From a virus (lineage: Duplodnaviria; Caudoviricetes): a stretch of 53,620 bases of DNA. The stretch is from positions 1-53,620 of the IMG/VR virus record IMGVR_UViG_3300032323_001239, one strand, 5' to 3'. The position numbers and the translations under genes are program-made. The notes beneath the pieces were generated by a model. That model worked only from the letters and a program-made list of their open reading frames with translations, searched no databases and had not been told where the DNA came from. Positions 1 through 9,670 of the stretch are shown piece after piece. Within the stretch, counting starts at the first letter, position 1; the number at the start of each line of letters is the position of its first letter.

Positions 1-1
1 C

Positions 2-196
2 CCAACATCAGAGGCAACAGGAACTGAGCGTGTATACTATGCACGTCGTGTTCTTTCTGTACAACAGTCACAGTTCTCTTTAGCTCGTAACGCAGCATCA
101 ACATTCCCAGTAACATTCCGTCTGCTTCCAGACGGTGCTTCTGCAAACGTTGGTCAGGAATACGGATTTATTGTAGACCGTGTTCTAACAGTATAA
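2..196 (+). CDS. Major tail (tube) protein, 3' end; 5'-truncated by the window
   Basis: Frame 2 is open from the window start (PTSEATGTERVYYARRVLSVQQSQFSLARNAASTFPVTFRLLPD...DRVLTV*). It lies directly upstream of the chaperone and tape-measure genes and is followed by a terminator. Confidence 0.75.
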   Translation, partial: PTSEATGTERVYYARRVLSVQQSQFSLARNAASTFPVTFRLLPDGASANVGQEYGFIVDRVLTV

Positions 197-217
197 TTAA
201 TATAAATTAATTAATAG

Positions 218-244
218 AACCCCCCAAGTAATTGGGGGGTTTTC
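218..244 (+). terminator. Intrinsic terminator
   Basis: AACCCCCCAA-GTAA-TTGGGGGGTT hairpin followed by T residues. Confidence 0.85.
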
Positions 245-303
245 TATTGCTCTGGTATTTTGAATATGATACAATAATTAAGACTAGATCCTAGGAGGAT
301 TAA

Positions 304-636
304 ATGGCAACAACAGTATACGATGTTGAAGAAATTCAGCTACAGAATGGCGCAACGGTTAAGCTTAAGCCTTTAACAATTAAAGAGCTTCGTGAGTTTA
401 TGAAGGTCATTCAAAGAACACAAGAAGTAACATCAGAAGATGAAACACTAACAATCCTTATTGAGGCTTGTGGAGTAGCATTAAAGAAGCAGCTCCCAGA
501 TCTCGTAGCAGACAAAGACGCATTTGAAGACACACTTGACGTTCCAACTATCAACCGCATCCTAGAAGTTTGCGGAGGAATTAAGATGGACGACCCAAAC
601 CTACTAGCGGCAGCGGTTCTGGCTGGTCAGAACTAG
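304..636 (+). CDS. Tail assembly chaperone (G-like, short form)
   Basis: Lies between tail tube and tape measure genes, has SD AGGAGG, and has a C CCA AAC heptamer near its 3' end. Confidence 0.85.
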   Translation: MATTVYDVEEIQLQNGATVKLKPLTIKELREFMKVIQRTQEVTSEDETLTILIEACGVALKKQLPDLVADKDAFEDTLDVPTINRILEVCGGIKMDDPNLLAAAVLAGQN

Positions 637-965
637 ATCTAGCCGCTTTAGAGGGAGAGGTTTTTCTTTTAGGTAATTGGAAAAATTACGAAGAACTAGA
701 AGATAGTCTTTCAATGCCAGAGATGGTCCAGACTTTTAAGTCAATGCAAAAAACGGAATCAGAGAAAAGGCAGTTCTTAGCTTCGATTCAAGGTGTTGAA
801 TTAAATGAAAGCAGTAATAACGAGGAGGGTTCTTCCTTCGAAGATATCAAACGTAGAGCAATGGGAATTAATGCATCAGCAGATGATGTTGTTTCTTTAC
901 AAGGCTCATTTGCATCAGATGCAGGGTTTGGAATTGGAGCGGGGCTAGGATACTTTAAAGGGTAA
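594..965 (+). CDS. Tail assembly chaperone GT extension reached by -1 frameshift (fusion 304..965)
   Basis: The -1 frame is open from 585 to 965 (..GSGWSELDLAALEGEVFLLGNWKNYEELEDSLSMPEM..), with an X XXY YYZ heptamer at 594-600. Confidence 0.8.
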   Translation, partial: PKPTSGSGSGWSELDLAALEGEVFLLGNWKNYEELEDSLSMPEMVQTFKSMQKTESEKRQFLASIQGVELNESSNNEEGSSFEDIKRRAMGINASADDVVSLQGSFASDAGFGIGAGLGYFKG

Positions 966-974
966 AATATATAC

Positions 975-3900
975 ATGGCAGATAATTTAATCACTACCAA
1001 CATTACCGCCAACGCAGACTTCACGAGTTTAAGAACTCAGCTGGCTGGGGTTACTGCCCAACTCGTAAAACTGCAAGAAACAACGGCGGGAACTAACGCC
1101 AAGCTTGCAAATCAAATTGCAGTAATGAATAAGTCCTTCGCAGAAACTATGCGATCAACAGGACAGTTTTCATCACACTTTGTATCGCTCACGTCAGACG
1201 TAGAAAAATTTGGTAAGAACCTAGATAGAGGAAGACTTAAGCTAGGAGAGTACTACAATGCCTGGAGTGGGCATACAAGGAGAACAAGTACATTAATTAA
1301 AGACCTTGCTAAACAGCAGGTTATGCTTGAACAAGCAATAGTTCAGCCCGTTGGTAAAAACGCACAGGGCTTGATGCAATACAACGTAATGGTTGCAAAG
1401 GGATTAGATGAAGTAAAGAATAAGACAGCTATTGCAAGACAAGAGCTAGCCATCATGAACAAGGTTATGCTAGATGGATCTAATCAGCTTATTAACTGGG
1501 GTAAGAATACTCAGTGGGCTGGTCGTCAGTTAACAGTTGGCCTAACTGTACCACTAGCAGCATTTGGCATGGCTGCACAAAAAGCTTTTAGAGAAGCAGA
1601 CGAAGAATTAGTTAGATTAACAAAGGTTTATGGAGGATTGACTGCTGTATCCGCAGCAGAATTGGCCAAGGTTAGAAAAGATGTTTCAGCAACCGCAAAA
1701 GAAATTGCTGGATCATATGGTCTTGCTTTTAAAGATACAATAGCACTAGCAGCAGATTTAGCAGCAACAGGACAAGAAGGAAACGATCTTTTAAATGCAA
1801 CAAGAGAAACATCAAGACTTTCAGTACTTGGAGAAATTGATAGACAAGAAGCAATCAAAGCAACCCTTGCTATTCAAAATGCTTTTAAAGAAAATACAGA
1901 TCAGCTTGCAGAGTCTATTAACTTTCTTAACGCAGTTGAAAACCAGACATCTACCACCCTGCAAGATTTAGTTGAAGCAATTCCAAAAGCGGGTCCAGTA
2001 GTTAAGTCTTTGGGCGGAGATGTTCAAGATCTAGCTTTATATCTTACTGCTATGAAAGAAGGCGGAGTAAACGCATCAGAAGGCGCTAACGCAATCAAGT
2101 CAGCAATGGCATCAATGATTAACCCTACAAAGGTTGCAAAAGAACTATTTTTTGGATTTGGAATTGATTTAGATAAAATTGTAACTTCTAATGCAGGTAA
2201 TTTAACACAAACTATTTTAGACCTTCAGTCAGCCCTAGATACCCTAGATCCTCTAAGTAAATCAAGAGCAATTGAACAATTGTTTGGTAAGTTTCAGTAT
2301 GCAAGACTTTCAGCACTCTTTGAAAATATAGGAAAAGAGGGATCTCAAACTGTAAGAGTTATGGAATTAATGGGAGCAACCTCAGCAGAGCTTGCAGGAA
2401 TTGCTGAACGAGAATTATCTATGATAACCGAGTCGGCTTCTGGAAAATTTAAAAGAGCCATGGCATCAGTTCAAGCAGATCTTGCAGGAGTTGGAGAGCA
2501 GTTTTTAAAAATTAGCACAAAGGTTTTAGAAGTAGTAAGCGGAATAATTAAGTTTTTCCAAGGACTTCCAGGACCAGTTAAAACATTTCTAAATGCACTT
2601 GGTGGATTGACTGCATTTGCGGGACCACTAATTATGTTAACTGGTGTTATGGCCAACTTTATTGGTTATGTTACCAAGGGAATTTTTTCTTTAAGACAAA
2701 TGGCTACAGGAGGAAAAGGGTTTAAACTACTTACTCCAGAAATATTAGCAGCAGACGCTGCTGCAAAGGGATTAAGCACAACGTTTTACAGCGACGCAGA
2801 AGCTACTGTTGTTTTAACAAACGCAGTCAATACTCTTGCTGCATCTTTTGATAGTCTTGAAATGAAAGCAAATGCAGCTAAGGTTGCGGTTCAGCCAGGA
2901 ATTGCTACAATAGCTGGCAATGTAATTGCTTCGGGAAACCCAACTGGAAGAATAGTTGATAAAAACAATCCGTTAATTGGAGACCCATACTCAAGGGATA
3001 TGTCTCATATGATCCCTGCTGGAAGTCCTCAAATGGGAACTATATTTGGAACAGTTCCAGGAGCGGGTCCAGTAAACGTTAGAGTTGGAAAAAATCCACA
3101 GGCGTATATGGACACAGATTTGCCAAAAATTCCAGGCGTTACTTCTGTCAATGGAATTTCAACAGGAATTGTTTCTCAAGAAGCAGCTAAATGGCATGCA
3201 ATGACAGCAGCAATAGCAATGCAGTCAGAGGCAGAAATTAAATTATTAAAAACAGAAGTAATGGCAACTGGAACAATTACATCAAGCCTGTCTGATTCTT
3301 ATCAAGCCCTACTTCCAGAATTTTCAGAAATCACAAGTATGGCCGCACAGGAAACAGCTTTAATTGTTAAGCAGCTACAACAAAGTAAATTAACAGCAGA
3401 TGAAGCAAGACTTAAAGTAATCCAATTAAATGCAACAGTTGAAGCAATGCTTGCTGAAACAGCTCAGAAGATTGCAGCTGGACAAGGAAGAACTGTAAAC
3501 CTAACAACAGTTCCATTAACATCTCAGCCTGTAGTAGACCCAGCTACTGGAAAATCAAATATGAAAGAAATGTTCCACAAGGGCTCTACAAAAGAAATAG
3601 CGGACAGAATTGCAAGAGCTTTAGGTGGAGTTAGAACATCTGGCGCAGGATATAATATTCAAACAACAAAGCCTAAATTTAATAAGGGCGGAATAGTTCC
3701 AGGTACAGGTAATACAGACACCTACCATACAATGGCAGAACCTGAATCATTTGTAATCAACAAGGCTTCAACAGAAAGAAATATGCCAACAATTAGCAAA
3801 CTACTTGGCGGCACACCAACGTTTAGAAATACTGGAGGAATGGTTCCAGTAGTTTTAACTCCTGGAGAAGCAGTCATCCCAGCAAAAATTGCTAAGCGTA

Positions 3901-6900
3901 ATCCAGAATTAATGTTGCAGCTAAATGGAGGCCCAGGAAACACTACTGGCATGGGAAGAAATAAGGGCGGTAAGGGTAAAGCTACAAAAGCAGAACTAGA
4001 TGATGCAGCCAAAAAACTTCTTGCTAAAGCCTTAAAGGTAGATCAAAGAATGTTTGATTCGCCAAATTGGGAACAAGAAGTTAGACTAAGACACATAATG
4101 CATGATGCTGGTGTATATAATAGCTATGCAGGTTTTGACGAACAAACAGCAATCAATATGGCAATAGAAGATTACGATACAGCCTGGGCAAACTCTATTA
4201 AAAAAGACGGGCATCTAGACATGAAAAAGTGGATGCAAGAAAGAATGCGTATTGCAAGATCAAGAGATTCACAAGTAAGAAGAATGATAAGGCTAGAGAT
4301 TGATTCAAAGGAAGGCCCTAGAGCTGGATTTACTCAATATAAAGCTTTCCAGAAGTACCGTGGTCAAAGCGGTGAAAGATTTAGACCAACAAGTAATTTG
4401 ATTGGTGAATTTAGAGCAAGAGCTAACGAATTTGGCGGAATTGGTTTGTTTGATAGTACATCAGACAAGCTATTTAAAAATGGCATAGAAGGAACTGTAT
4501 CAGAGCATACAGCAAGAAGATCATTATGGAGAGACACAAGAGGCAAAGTGTTTAGTCTTGCTGGAAATCTTGGAATGGCTATGCTTGGCGAAAAGGAAAT
4601 TAATCAGCTTACTAACGAGTTAAACAGAGGCACTCGTGGTGTTGTTCCAGACATGCTCACAATGACAAATAAGGGCGTTGATCTTAAAAGAGCATGGAAT
4701 GCTAAAAAAGGAATTGGTTCAAATAAAGCAGAAGCTATTGCATTCTTAAAGAGAGCAATGCAAGGGTTGGTAGATAGAAGATCGGGATTTAGACCAAACA
4801 ACACAATGTTTGCTCATGCAGGATTCAATGAGGGTGGACAGATCCCAGGTCAATTTGCACAAAAACTATTTGGCGGAGGAAGAGCAATGTTCCTTGGAAT
4901 GCCTAGAACTATTAAGCAGGTAGAAGCTCAAAGAGCAGCAAGAGCATCTATGGAAAAAGCAAGCCAAGCAGTTAAGGATTCTAGATTTAGCAAAACTCCA
5001 GTAACTGATTACGATGAGCTTATAGAGCCAACCTCTGGAAGAAGTTTTCCAGTTTCTGGAATTGGTGGAGTATACAATAAAAACGGAGAAAAAGTTTTTG
5101 TTAAGCCAGTCCTCGATGAAAAGGCAGCGCTTGCTGAAATAAGAGCAACTCAAATCGCTCGTGAAGTTCATGGCTTGCAAACACCTGATCAAAGAATTGT
5201 AGTTATGAGGGACCCAACTGATCCAAAGGGTTCCAGAACATTGCTAGCATTAGAATCTAAATATAATCCTGCTATTGCAAATCAAGACGGCAAGTTTAAT
5301 GAAGATCAATATTTTAGACAGCTAGTTGCATCTGCATTACGTGGAGACAAGGATTTAGGAAGAGGTAATCTTTCAGGAAATATTCTTGCAGATGTTGGTA
5401 CAGCTGGAGTATTTGCAACAGCCTCTGGCCCAAGAGATTACTCTGCAACAATTCCTTCATTTAAGCATCAAGCAATGGTTAATTTAATGGGAGTAAAGGG
5501 AAGTGGAGCAAAGAAGTTTTTTGCCGAATCTACCGTAGATATTCCGATGGGCATGACTGCTGATCAATATAATGATCGCATGCTTGACGAGATTAATAGG
5601 GCCTTGCCTAAGTTAAAACAAACTATTTCAAGGTTTCCTGATTTAACTTCAGAAGAAAAGTCTATTTATAATGCAATGATTGCAAGACTAGAAGATGCAA
5701 GAAGGAAAACATATGGAGACCTTCATGGAATACACTCATCATTAAAAATAGCGCCAGAAAAGACTATGACTCCAGCTGCTATTGCTAAAATGATTGCTGC
5801 GGATGAACTTAAGCGCAGACAGCGTGGTCACTCTGTTAGCCTTTCAGACAATAGTTTTAAAACTGAAGCAAATGGATTTAACATCGGAGGAATGATTGGA
5901 AATGTTCTTAAGGGTAGAGCAATGCACAGAATTGGTGCAGGCTTTGGTCCAACAGGTGCTCCTAAGCCAAGCATGTACGAGTCAGCTCCATGGGGAGTTA
6001 ATTCATTATCAATTGAAATGGCAGAAAAGTTATTTGCAAGTAGTGGATTAAGAAAAAATACTCAAAAGCATTTGTACGATAAGTTTGCTGCCGCATTAGC
6101 AAAAGAAAAGCCTTACGGTTATGTTAAAGATGCAAAGGGATCTTTGAAGAATGCACTTGAGCCACATATTTTAGACTCAGTAATAAGATCAGCAGCTTCC
6201 GACCTTATTTCTGATAGAAATGTATCTAAGCAGTTGTCTCCTATAGACAGAGACATATTAAAGAAAAAGTATTTAAACTGGGATTCTAAAAAAGATACTC
6301 CATTGACAGAGTCTTTAAAGCAAATTATATTTGGATTAGAAAAAAGAGAAATGGGCGGACCAGTTAATGCTGGACAGCCATACATTGTAGGAGAAAAGGG
6401 TCCAGAAATATTTGTTCCTAAAAACGCAGGAGGCATTGTTCCAAACGGATACATGGATGGCGGTAGCGTTAAAAATGGATACATGAAGGGCGGCATGGTT
6501 GCTATGGCTGCAGCTTCGTTAGTTCCAATGGTTCTTTCTAGTAAAATTGCTAATCCTTTGCTTCAAACAATAATGCAGACACTTTCATTTATCATACCTC
6601 AAATGATGATGACAGCAATGATGCAGACAAAGGTTGAAGGCAGCCAAGGGCGAGTTGGAAGATTAATGTCTAAGATTCCAGACAGCGCAAAAACTCCTAT
6701 GTTTTCTACAGCACGAGGAACAGACGGAAAAATTTTAAGCGCTTATGGAGCAGGTCTTCAAAATGCTGCTAAAAACGGAAACTTATTGACAAGAACACTT
6801 GCAAGAGTTGGAATGGGTATTACAAGATTAAATGTTGGACTTGCCGTAGCAACTGGAGCTTTTATTGCTATTAATAAAAGAATAAGAGATCACAATGAGC

Positions 6901-9206
6901 ATTTAAGAATTGGCGTTACTCAATACGGACTAACAGAAGAGGCTGCTAAAAAAGCAGGACTTAAGTTTACTGATTACAATTCAAAGCTTGCAGATACTGT
7001 AAAAAGCATAGAAGCAATAAGAGAAAGAAATCAATTCTTGTTTGAAAGCTTGCAGGATGCTGGCTTGCCTATATCCATGACAATTGAAGAGTATAAGAAG
7101 CTTAAAAAAGAAGTTAAGGAAGTCTATACAGACCAAATTAAACTAATTAATCAGTCTAAAGAAAGTGAATTGCCACAGGTAGCAATAGATATTAAGACTG
7201 CGCTAATGGCTGCTGGAATGTCAGCAGATGACGCAAGTAAAAAAATATTTGCAATGTTTAAGCTTTCTGAAAAGGGAGAAAAGGCTGGTGCATTTACTGT
7301 AGGTAATCGTGCATTTAGAAACATTAGGACAGGACAAGATGCAGCAGTAGCTGCAATAAATACTTACACAACCGCTTCAGATGGACGTGAAAAAGCACAG
7401 GCAGTCAATACAGGTCTAACAGCTATCGACGCTGGAATTATAGATATGATTGAACAAAGTAAAAAAGCTGCAAGAGCAGACAAGACAGGCAACACACAAG
7501 TATTAACTCAGTATCAAGCACAGGAAGCAATGCTTAAGAAACTAAATCAGCTAGAGTCTTCTAAGGCTGTCTTAACCGCAAAAACTAGAGCAGAAATGAT
7601 TAAGCAAAATCCAGAACTTAAAAAAATTATCAACCCATTAGATACAGTTGTTAGCTTATTTGAAAAAATGAATCTTGCAGCAAAAGGATTTACTGGAGAC
7701 CTTTCAAAGTTGGGTGCAGAAGCAGTAAGCACACTTTCTAGAATTGCTGATTCAGTTTCTGAATCAACCATTACGGCAAATAAGGTTGGAATACTAGAAA
7801 AAAATTATGCCCTTCTAGGAAGATTAACGGCTCAGCAAAAGATTCTTGCAGCTGCAGCTAGAGGACAGAGTGCTCAGCAACAAATAAATACTAGAGAGCA
7901 ACTAAAGGGTTTACAAAAACAAATAGATGCAAATAATAAACTTGCAGAGGCAAGACTAAAAGCCCTAGATGCAGCAAAGCAAGAGGGAGACATTGCAAGA
8001 CAAATCGCTAAAGCGCAAGCTGCATACGAGGCTGCTTTGGCAACAGGCAATACCGCTGCTGCACAACAGGCAAGCCTAGACATTCAGGGTCTGCAATCAG
8101 ATCAACAGTATAACGCTCAAAAGAAAGCAATTGAAGATGCCCTTAAGCTAGCTAATGCTCCTCTCGAGGCTAAGATAAAGTTAATTAATGATGGCCAGCA
8201 AAAGCTTAGCGACAACGCAAGCATTGCTGCAGAATCATTAAGTAAGTTAAATGAAAAAATTGCAAAAGAAAAACAAAAAATTGATGATGTTAATAAAGCA
8301 ATGACTACTCTAGCAATTAATGCAATTGCCGCAGGAATGACTCTTAAAGAATATCTAGGAACAGATGCTGGAAGGCAAGATTCTGCGGCTGTAGTGGGAA
8401 CTGTAAATACAGCAAGACCAGATACGGTTGTTAAGCCTCCATTGCAGTTAAGAAGATCTCCAAGGGTATCTACTCCAAGCGTAACAGACCAAGCTGCAGG
8501 ATTTATGGGTGGCGTAACGGGAGCTGTTGAAAAGGGGTTAGCCGCAAAAGGAATTACAGTGTCCGCAATGACTGGAGACATTATTATCAATGGCAAAAAA
8601 ATGGATGTAGGTCAGTCAAAAGCTACTGCTAAAATTGGATTTGTTCCTAAAACTCTTGGGGCAGAAGCTGGAGCCATGGCAGGAACTACTTTAGTTTCAC
8701 CAGTTGCATTAACGGCAGCAGGTGCTACACAGGTATCTGATGGAAAGCGAGGCTCTACCTGGGTTGGAGTTGAGTTCCTAGATAAAAATGGAAAAAAATG
8801 GAAAGTAACTTCTGATGCAGGAAGGACAGGGCAACTTAATGTTCAAGCAGTAAAGGCTGGATACGGTACCATGAAACTTAATCCAAAGGTTCCAACCATT
8901 GTTGGAGACCGTGGCCCAGAAATGGCATTTGGTGGAATGATTATTCCTAACATGGCTAAGGTTCCATATGCCTCTCCTAGATATGACGTTAAGCAAGCAG
9001 AAAAAATGTTTGAGCCAATGAGGAATTCAAGCGGAGGGCAGGGAGTAATAAACTATACTCAAGTAATTAATGCTTCTCCAGGAATGAATGAGGATCAATT
9101 AATAAGTAAAGCAAAGGTTGCAGCCTACGAATTCTTGCAGGCTAATATAAAAACTAATGCTAAAATGGTAGGAAACACAATGAATGTAGGTATTAAAAAG
9201 ACATGA
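975..9206 (+). CDS. Tape measure protein (TP901-like core) with internal cargo domains including a kinase-like fold
   Basis: 2743 aa, Ala-rich and helical, downstream of the chaperones. Contains TMP core motifs (ESINFLNAVENQT, AIEQLFGK) and GGPV..G..YIVGEKGPEIFVP-type motifs. Confidence 0.93.
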   Translation: MADNLITTNITANADFTSLRTQLAGVTAQLVKLQETTAGTNAKLANQIAVMNKSFAETMRSTGQFSSHFVSLTSDVEKFGKNLDRGRLKLGEYYNAWSGHTRRTSTLIKDLAKQQVMLEQAIVQPVGKNAQGLMQYNVMVAKGLDEVKNKTAIARQELAIMNKVMLDGSNQLINWGKNTQWAGRQLTVGLTVPLAAFGMAAQKAFREADEELVRLTKVYGGLTAVSAAELAKVRKDVSATAKEIAGSYGLAFKDTIALAADLAATGQEGNDLLNATRETSRLSVLGEIDRQEAIKATLAIQNAFKENTDQLAESINFLNAVENQTSTTLQDLVEAIPKAGPVVKSLGGDVQDLALYLTAMKEGGVNASEGANAIKSAMASMINPTKVAKELFFGFGIDLDKIVTSNAGNLTQTILDLQSALDTLDPLSKSRAIEQLFGKFQYARLSALFENIGKEGSQTVRVMELMGATSAELAGIAERELSMITESASGKFKRAMASVQADLAGVGEQFLKISTKVLEVVSGIIKFFQGLPGPVKTFLNALGGLTAFAGPLIMLTGVMANFIGYVTKGIFSLRQMATGGKGFKLLTPEILAADAAAKGLSTTFYSDAEATVVLTNAVNTLAASFDSLEMKANAAKVAVQPGIATIAGNVIASGNPTGRIVDKNNPLIGDPYSRDMSHMIPAGSPQMGTIFGTVPGAGPVNVRVGKNPQAYMDTDLPKIPGVTSVNGISTGIVSQEAAKWHAMTAAIAMQSEAEIKLLKTEVMATGTITSSLSDSYQALLPEFSEITSMAAQETALIVKQLQQSKLTADEARLKVIQLNATVEAMLAETAQKIAAGQGRTVNLTTVPLTSQPVVDPATGKSNMKEMFHKGSTKEIADRIARALGGVRTSGAGYNIQTTKPKFNKGGIVPGTGNTDTYHTMAEPESFVINKASTERNMPTISKLLGGTPTFRNTGGMVPVVLTPGEAVIPAKIAKRNPELMLQLNGGPGNTTGMGRNKGGKGKATKAELDDAAKKLLAKALKVDQRMFDSPNWEQEVRLRHIMHDAGVYNSYAGFDEQTAINMAIEDYDTAWANSIKKDGHLDMKKWMQERMRIARSRDSQVRRMIRLEIDSKEGPRAGFTQYKAFQKYRGQSGERFRPTSNLIGEFRARANEFGGIGLFDSTSDKLFKNGIEGTVSEHTARRSLWRDTRGKVFSLAGNLGMAMLGEKEINQLTNELNRGTRGVVPDMLTMTNKGVDLKRAWNAKKGIGSNKAEAIAFLKRAMQGLVDRRSGFRPNNTMFAHAGFNEGGQIPGQFAQKLFGGGRAMFLGMPRTIKQVEAQRAARASMEKASQAVKDSRFSKTPVTDYDELIEPTSGRSFPVSGIGGVYNKNGEKVFVKPVLDEKAALAEIRATQIAREVHGLQTPDQRIVVMRDPTDPKGSRTLLALESKYNPAIANQDGKFNEDQYFRQLVASALRGDKDLGRGNLSGNILADVGTAGVFATASGPRDYSATIPSFKHQAMVNLMGVKGSGAKKFFAESTVDIPMGMTADQYNDRMLDEINRALPKLKQTISRFPDLTSEEKSIYNAMIARLEDARRKTYGDLHGIHSSLKIAPEKTMTPAAIAKMIAADELKRRQRGHSVSLSDNSFKTEANGFNIGGMIGNVLKGRAMHRIGAGFGPTGAPKPSMYESAPWGVNSLSIEMAEKLFASSGLRKNTQKHLYDKFAAALAKEKPYGYVKDAKGSLKNALEPHILDSVIRSAASDLISDRNVSKQLSPIDRDILKKKYLNWDSKKDTPLTESLKQIIFGLEKREMGGPVNAGQPYIVGEKGPEIFVPKNAGGIVPNGYMDGGSVKNGYMKGGMVAMAAASLVPMVLSSKIANPLLQTIMQTLSFIIPQMMMTAMMQTKVEGSQGRVGRLMSKIPDSAKTPMFSTARGTDGKILSAYGAGLQNAAKNGNLLTRTLARVGMGITRLNVGLAVATGAFIAINKRIRDHNEHLRIGVTQYGLTEEAAKKAGLKFTDYNSKLADTVKSIEAIRERNQFLFESLQDAGLPISMTIEEYKKLKKEVKEVYTDQIKLINQSKESELPQVAIDIKTALMAAGMSADDASKKIFAMFKLSEKGEKAGAFTVGNRAFRNIRTGQDAAVAAINTYTTASDGREKAQAVNTGLTAIDAGIIDMIEQSKKAARADKTGNTQVLTQYQAQEAMLKKLNQLESSKAVLTAKTRAEMIKQNPELKKIINPLDTVVSLFEKMNLAAKGFTGDLSKLGAEAVSTLSRIADSVSESTITANKVGILEKNYALLGRLTAQQKILAAAARGQSAQQQINTREQLKGLQKQIDANNKLAEARLKALDAAKQEGDIARQIAKAQAAYEAALATGNTAAAQQASLDIQGLQSDQQYNAQKKAIEDALKLANAPLEAKIKLINDGQQKLSDNASIAAESLSKLNEKIAKEKQKIDDVNKAMTTLAINAIAAGMTLKEYLGTDAGRQDSAAVVGTVNTARPDTVVKPPLQLRRSPRVSTPSVTDQAAGFMGGVTGAVEKGLAAKGITVSAMTGDIIINGKKMDVGQSKATAKIGFVPKTLGAEAGAMAGTTLVSPVALTAAGATQVSDGKRGSTWVGVEFLDKNGKKWKVTSDAGRTGQLNVQAVKAGYGTMKLNPKVPTIVGDRGPEMAFGGMIIPNMAKVPYASPRYDVKQAEKMFEPMRNSSGGQGVINYTQVINASPGMNEDQLISKAKVAAYEFLQANIKTNAKMVGNTMNVGIKKT

Positions 9207-9670
9207 GCTACCCAATGAATCTACCAGTAGGATCTTTGCTGTATTTTGATACAGGAACTAATCCAACAACCCCAACCTGGACAAAGGTATCTGAACATAA
9301 CAGATCAAGTGCTTCCTTGGACATAGAAAGAATAGAAAAGACCCAAAGGATGTCCAACGGATCTCTTAGAAAAATTTGGATTGCAGACAAAAAGTTATTT
9401 AGCTCAAGTTGGTCAATGCTTCCAACCTACAACACAATGACAGTGGACGGCGGTATGGGTGCTTCAGAAATTCAATCCTTTTATTTAAATAAAGGAAAGG
9501 GAGCATTTAAAGTAAAGATATCCTACAATGGAGTCGCTGCCAGAGATGAAATTATTTCAATGGTATTTACTTCATGCAATTTTACAATTATGAAAAGAAA
9601 TGTTAAATCTTCTTCAGCTTCCGTCCCACAAGAATTCTGGGACGTATCTCTTTCTCTAGAAGAGGTATAA
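9203..9670 (+). CDS. Minor tail protein (distal-tail-like)
   Basis: Immediately follows the TMP with an ATGA overlap; about 155 aa, beta-rich, ending in LEEV. Confidence 0.65.
   Translation: MSYPMNLPVGSLLYFDTGTNPTTPTWTKVSEHNRSSASLDIERIEKTQRMSNGSLRKIWIADKKLFSSSWSMLPTYNTMTVDGGMGASEIQSFYLNKGKGAFKVKISYNGVAARDEIISMVFTSCNFTIMKRNVKSSSASVPQEFWDVSLSLEEV

Noticed and set aside
714-965. Independent 83-aa gene starting at 714
   Set aside because: It has no SD, and the frame is open back to 585 with a slippery heptamer, so it is better explained as the frameshift extension.
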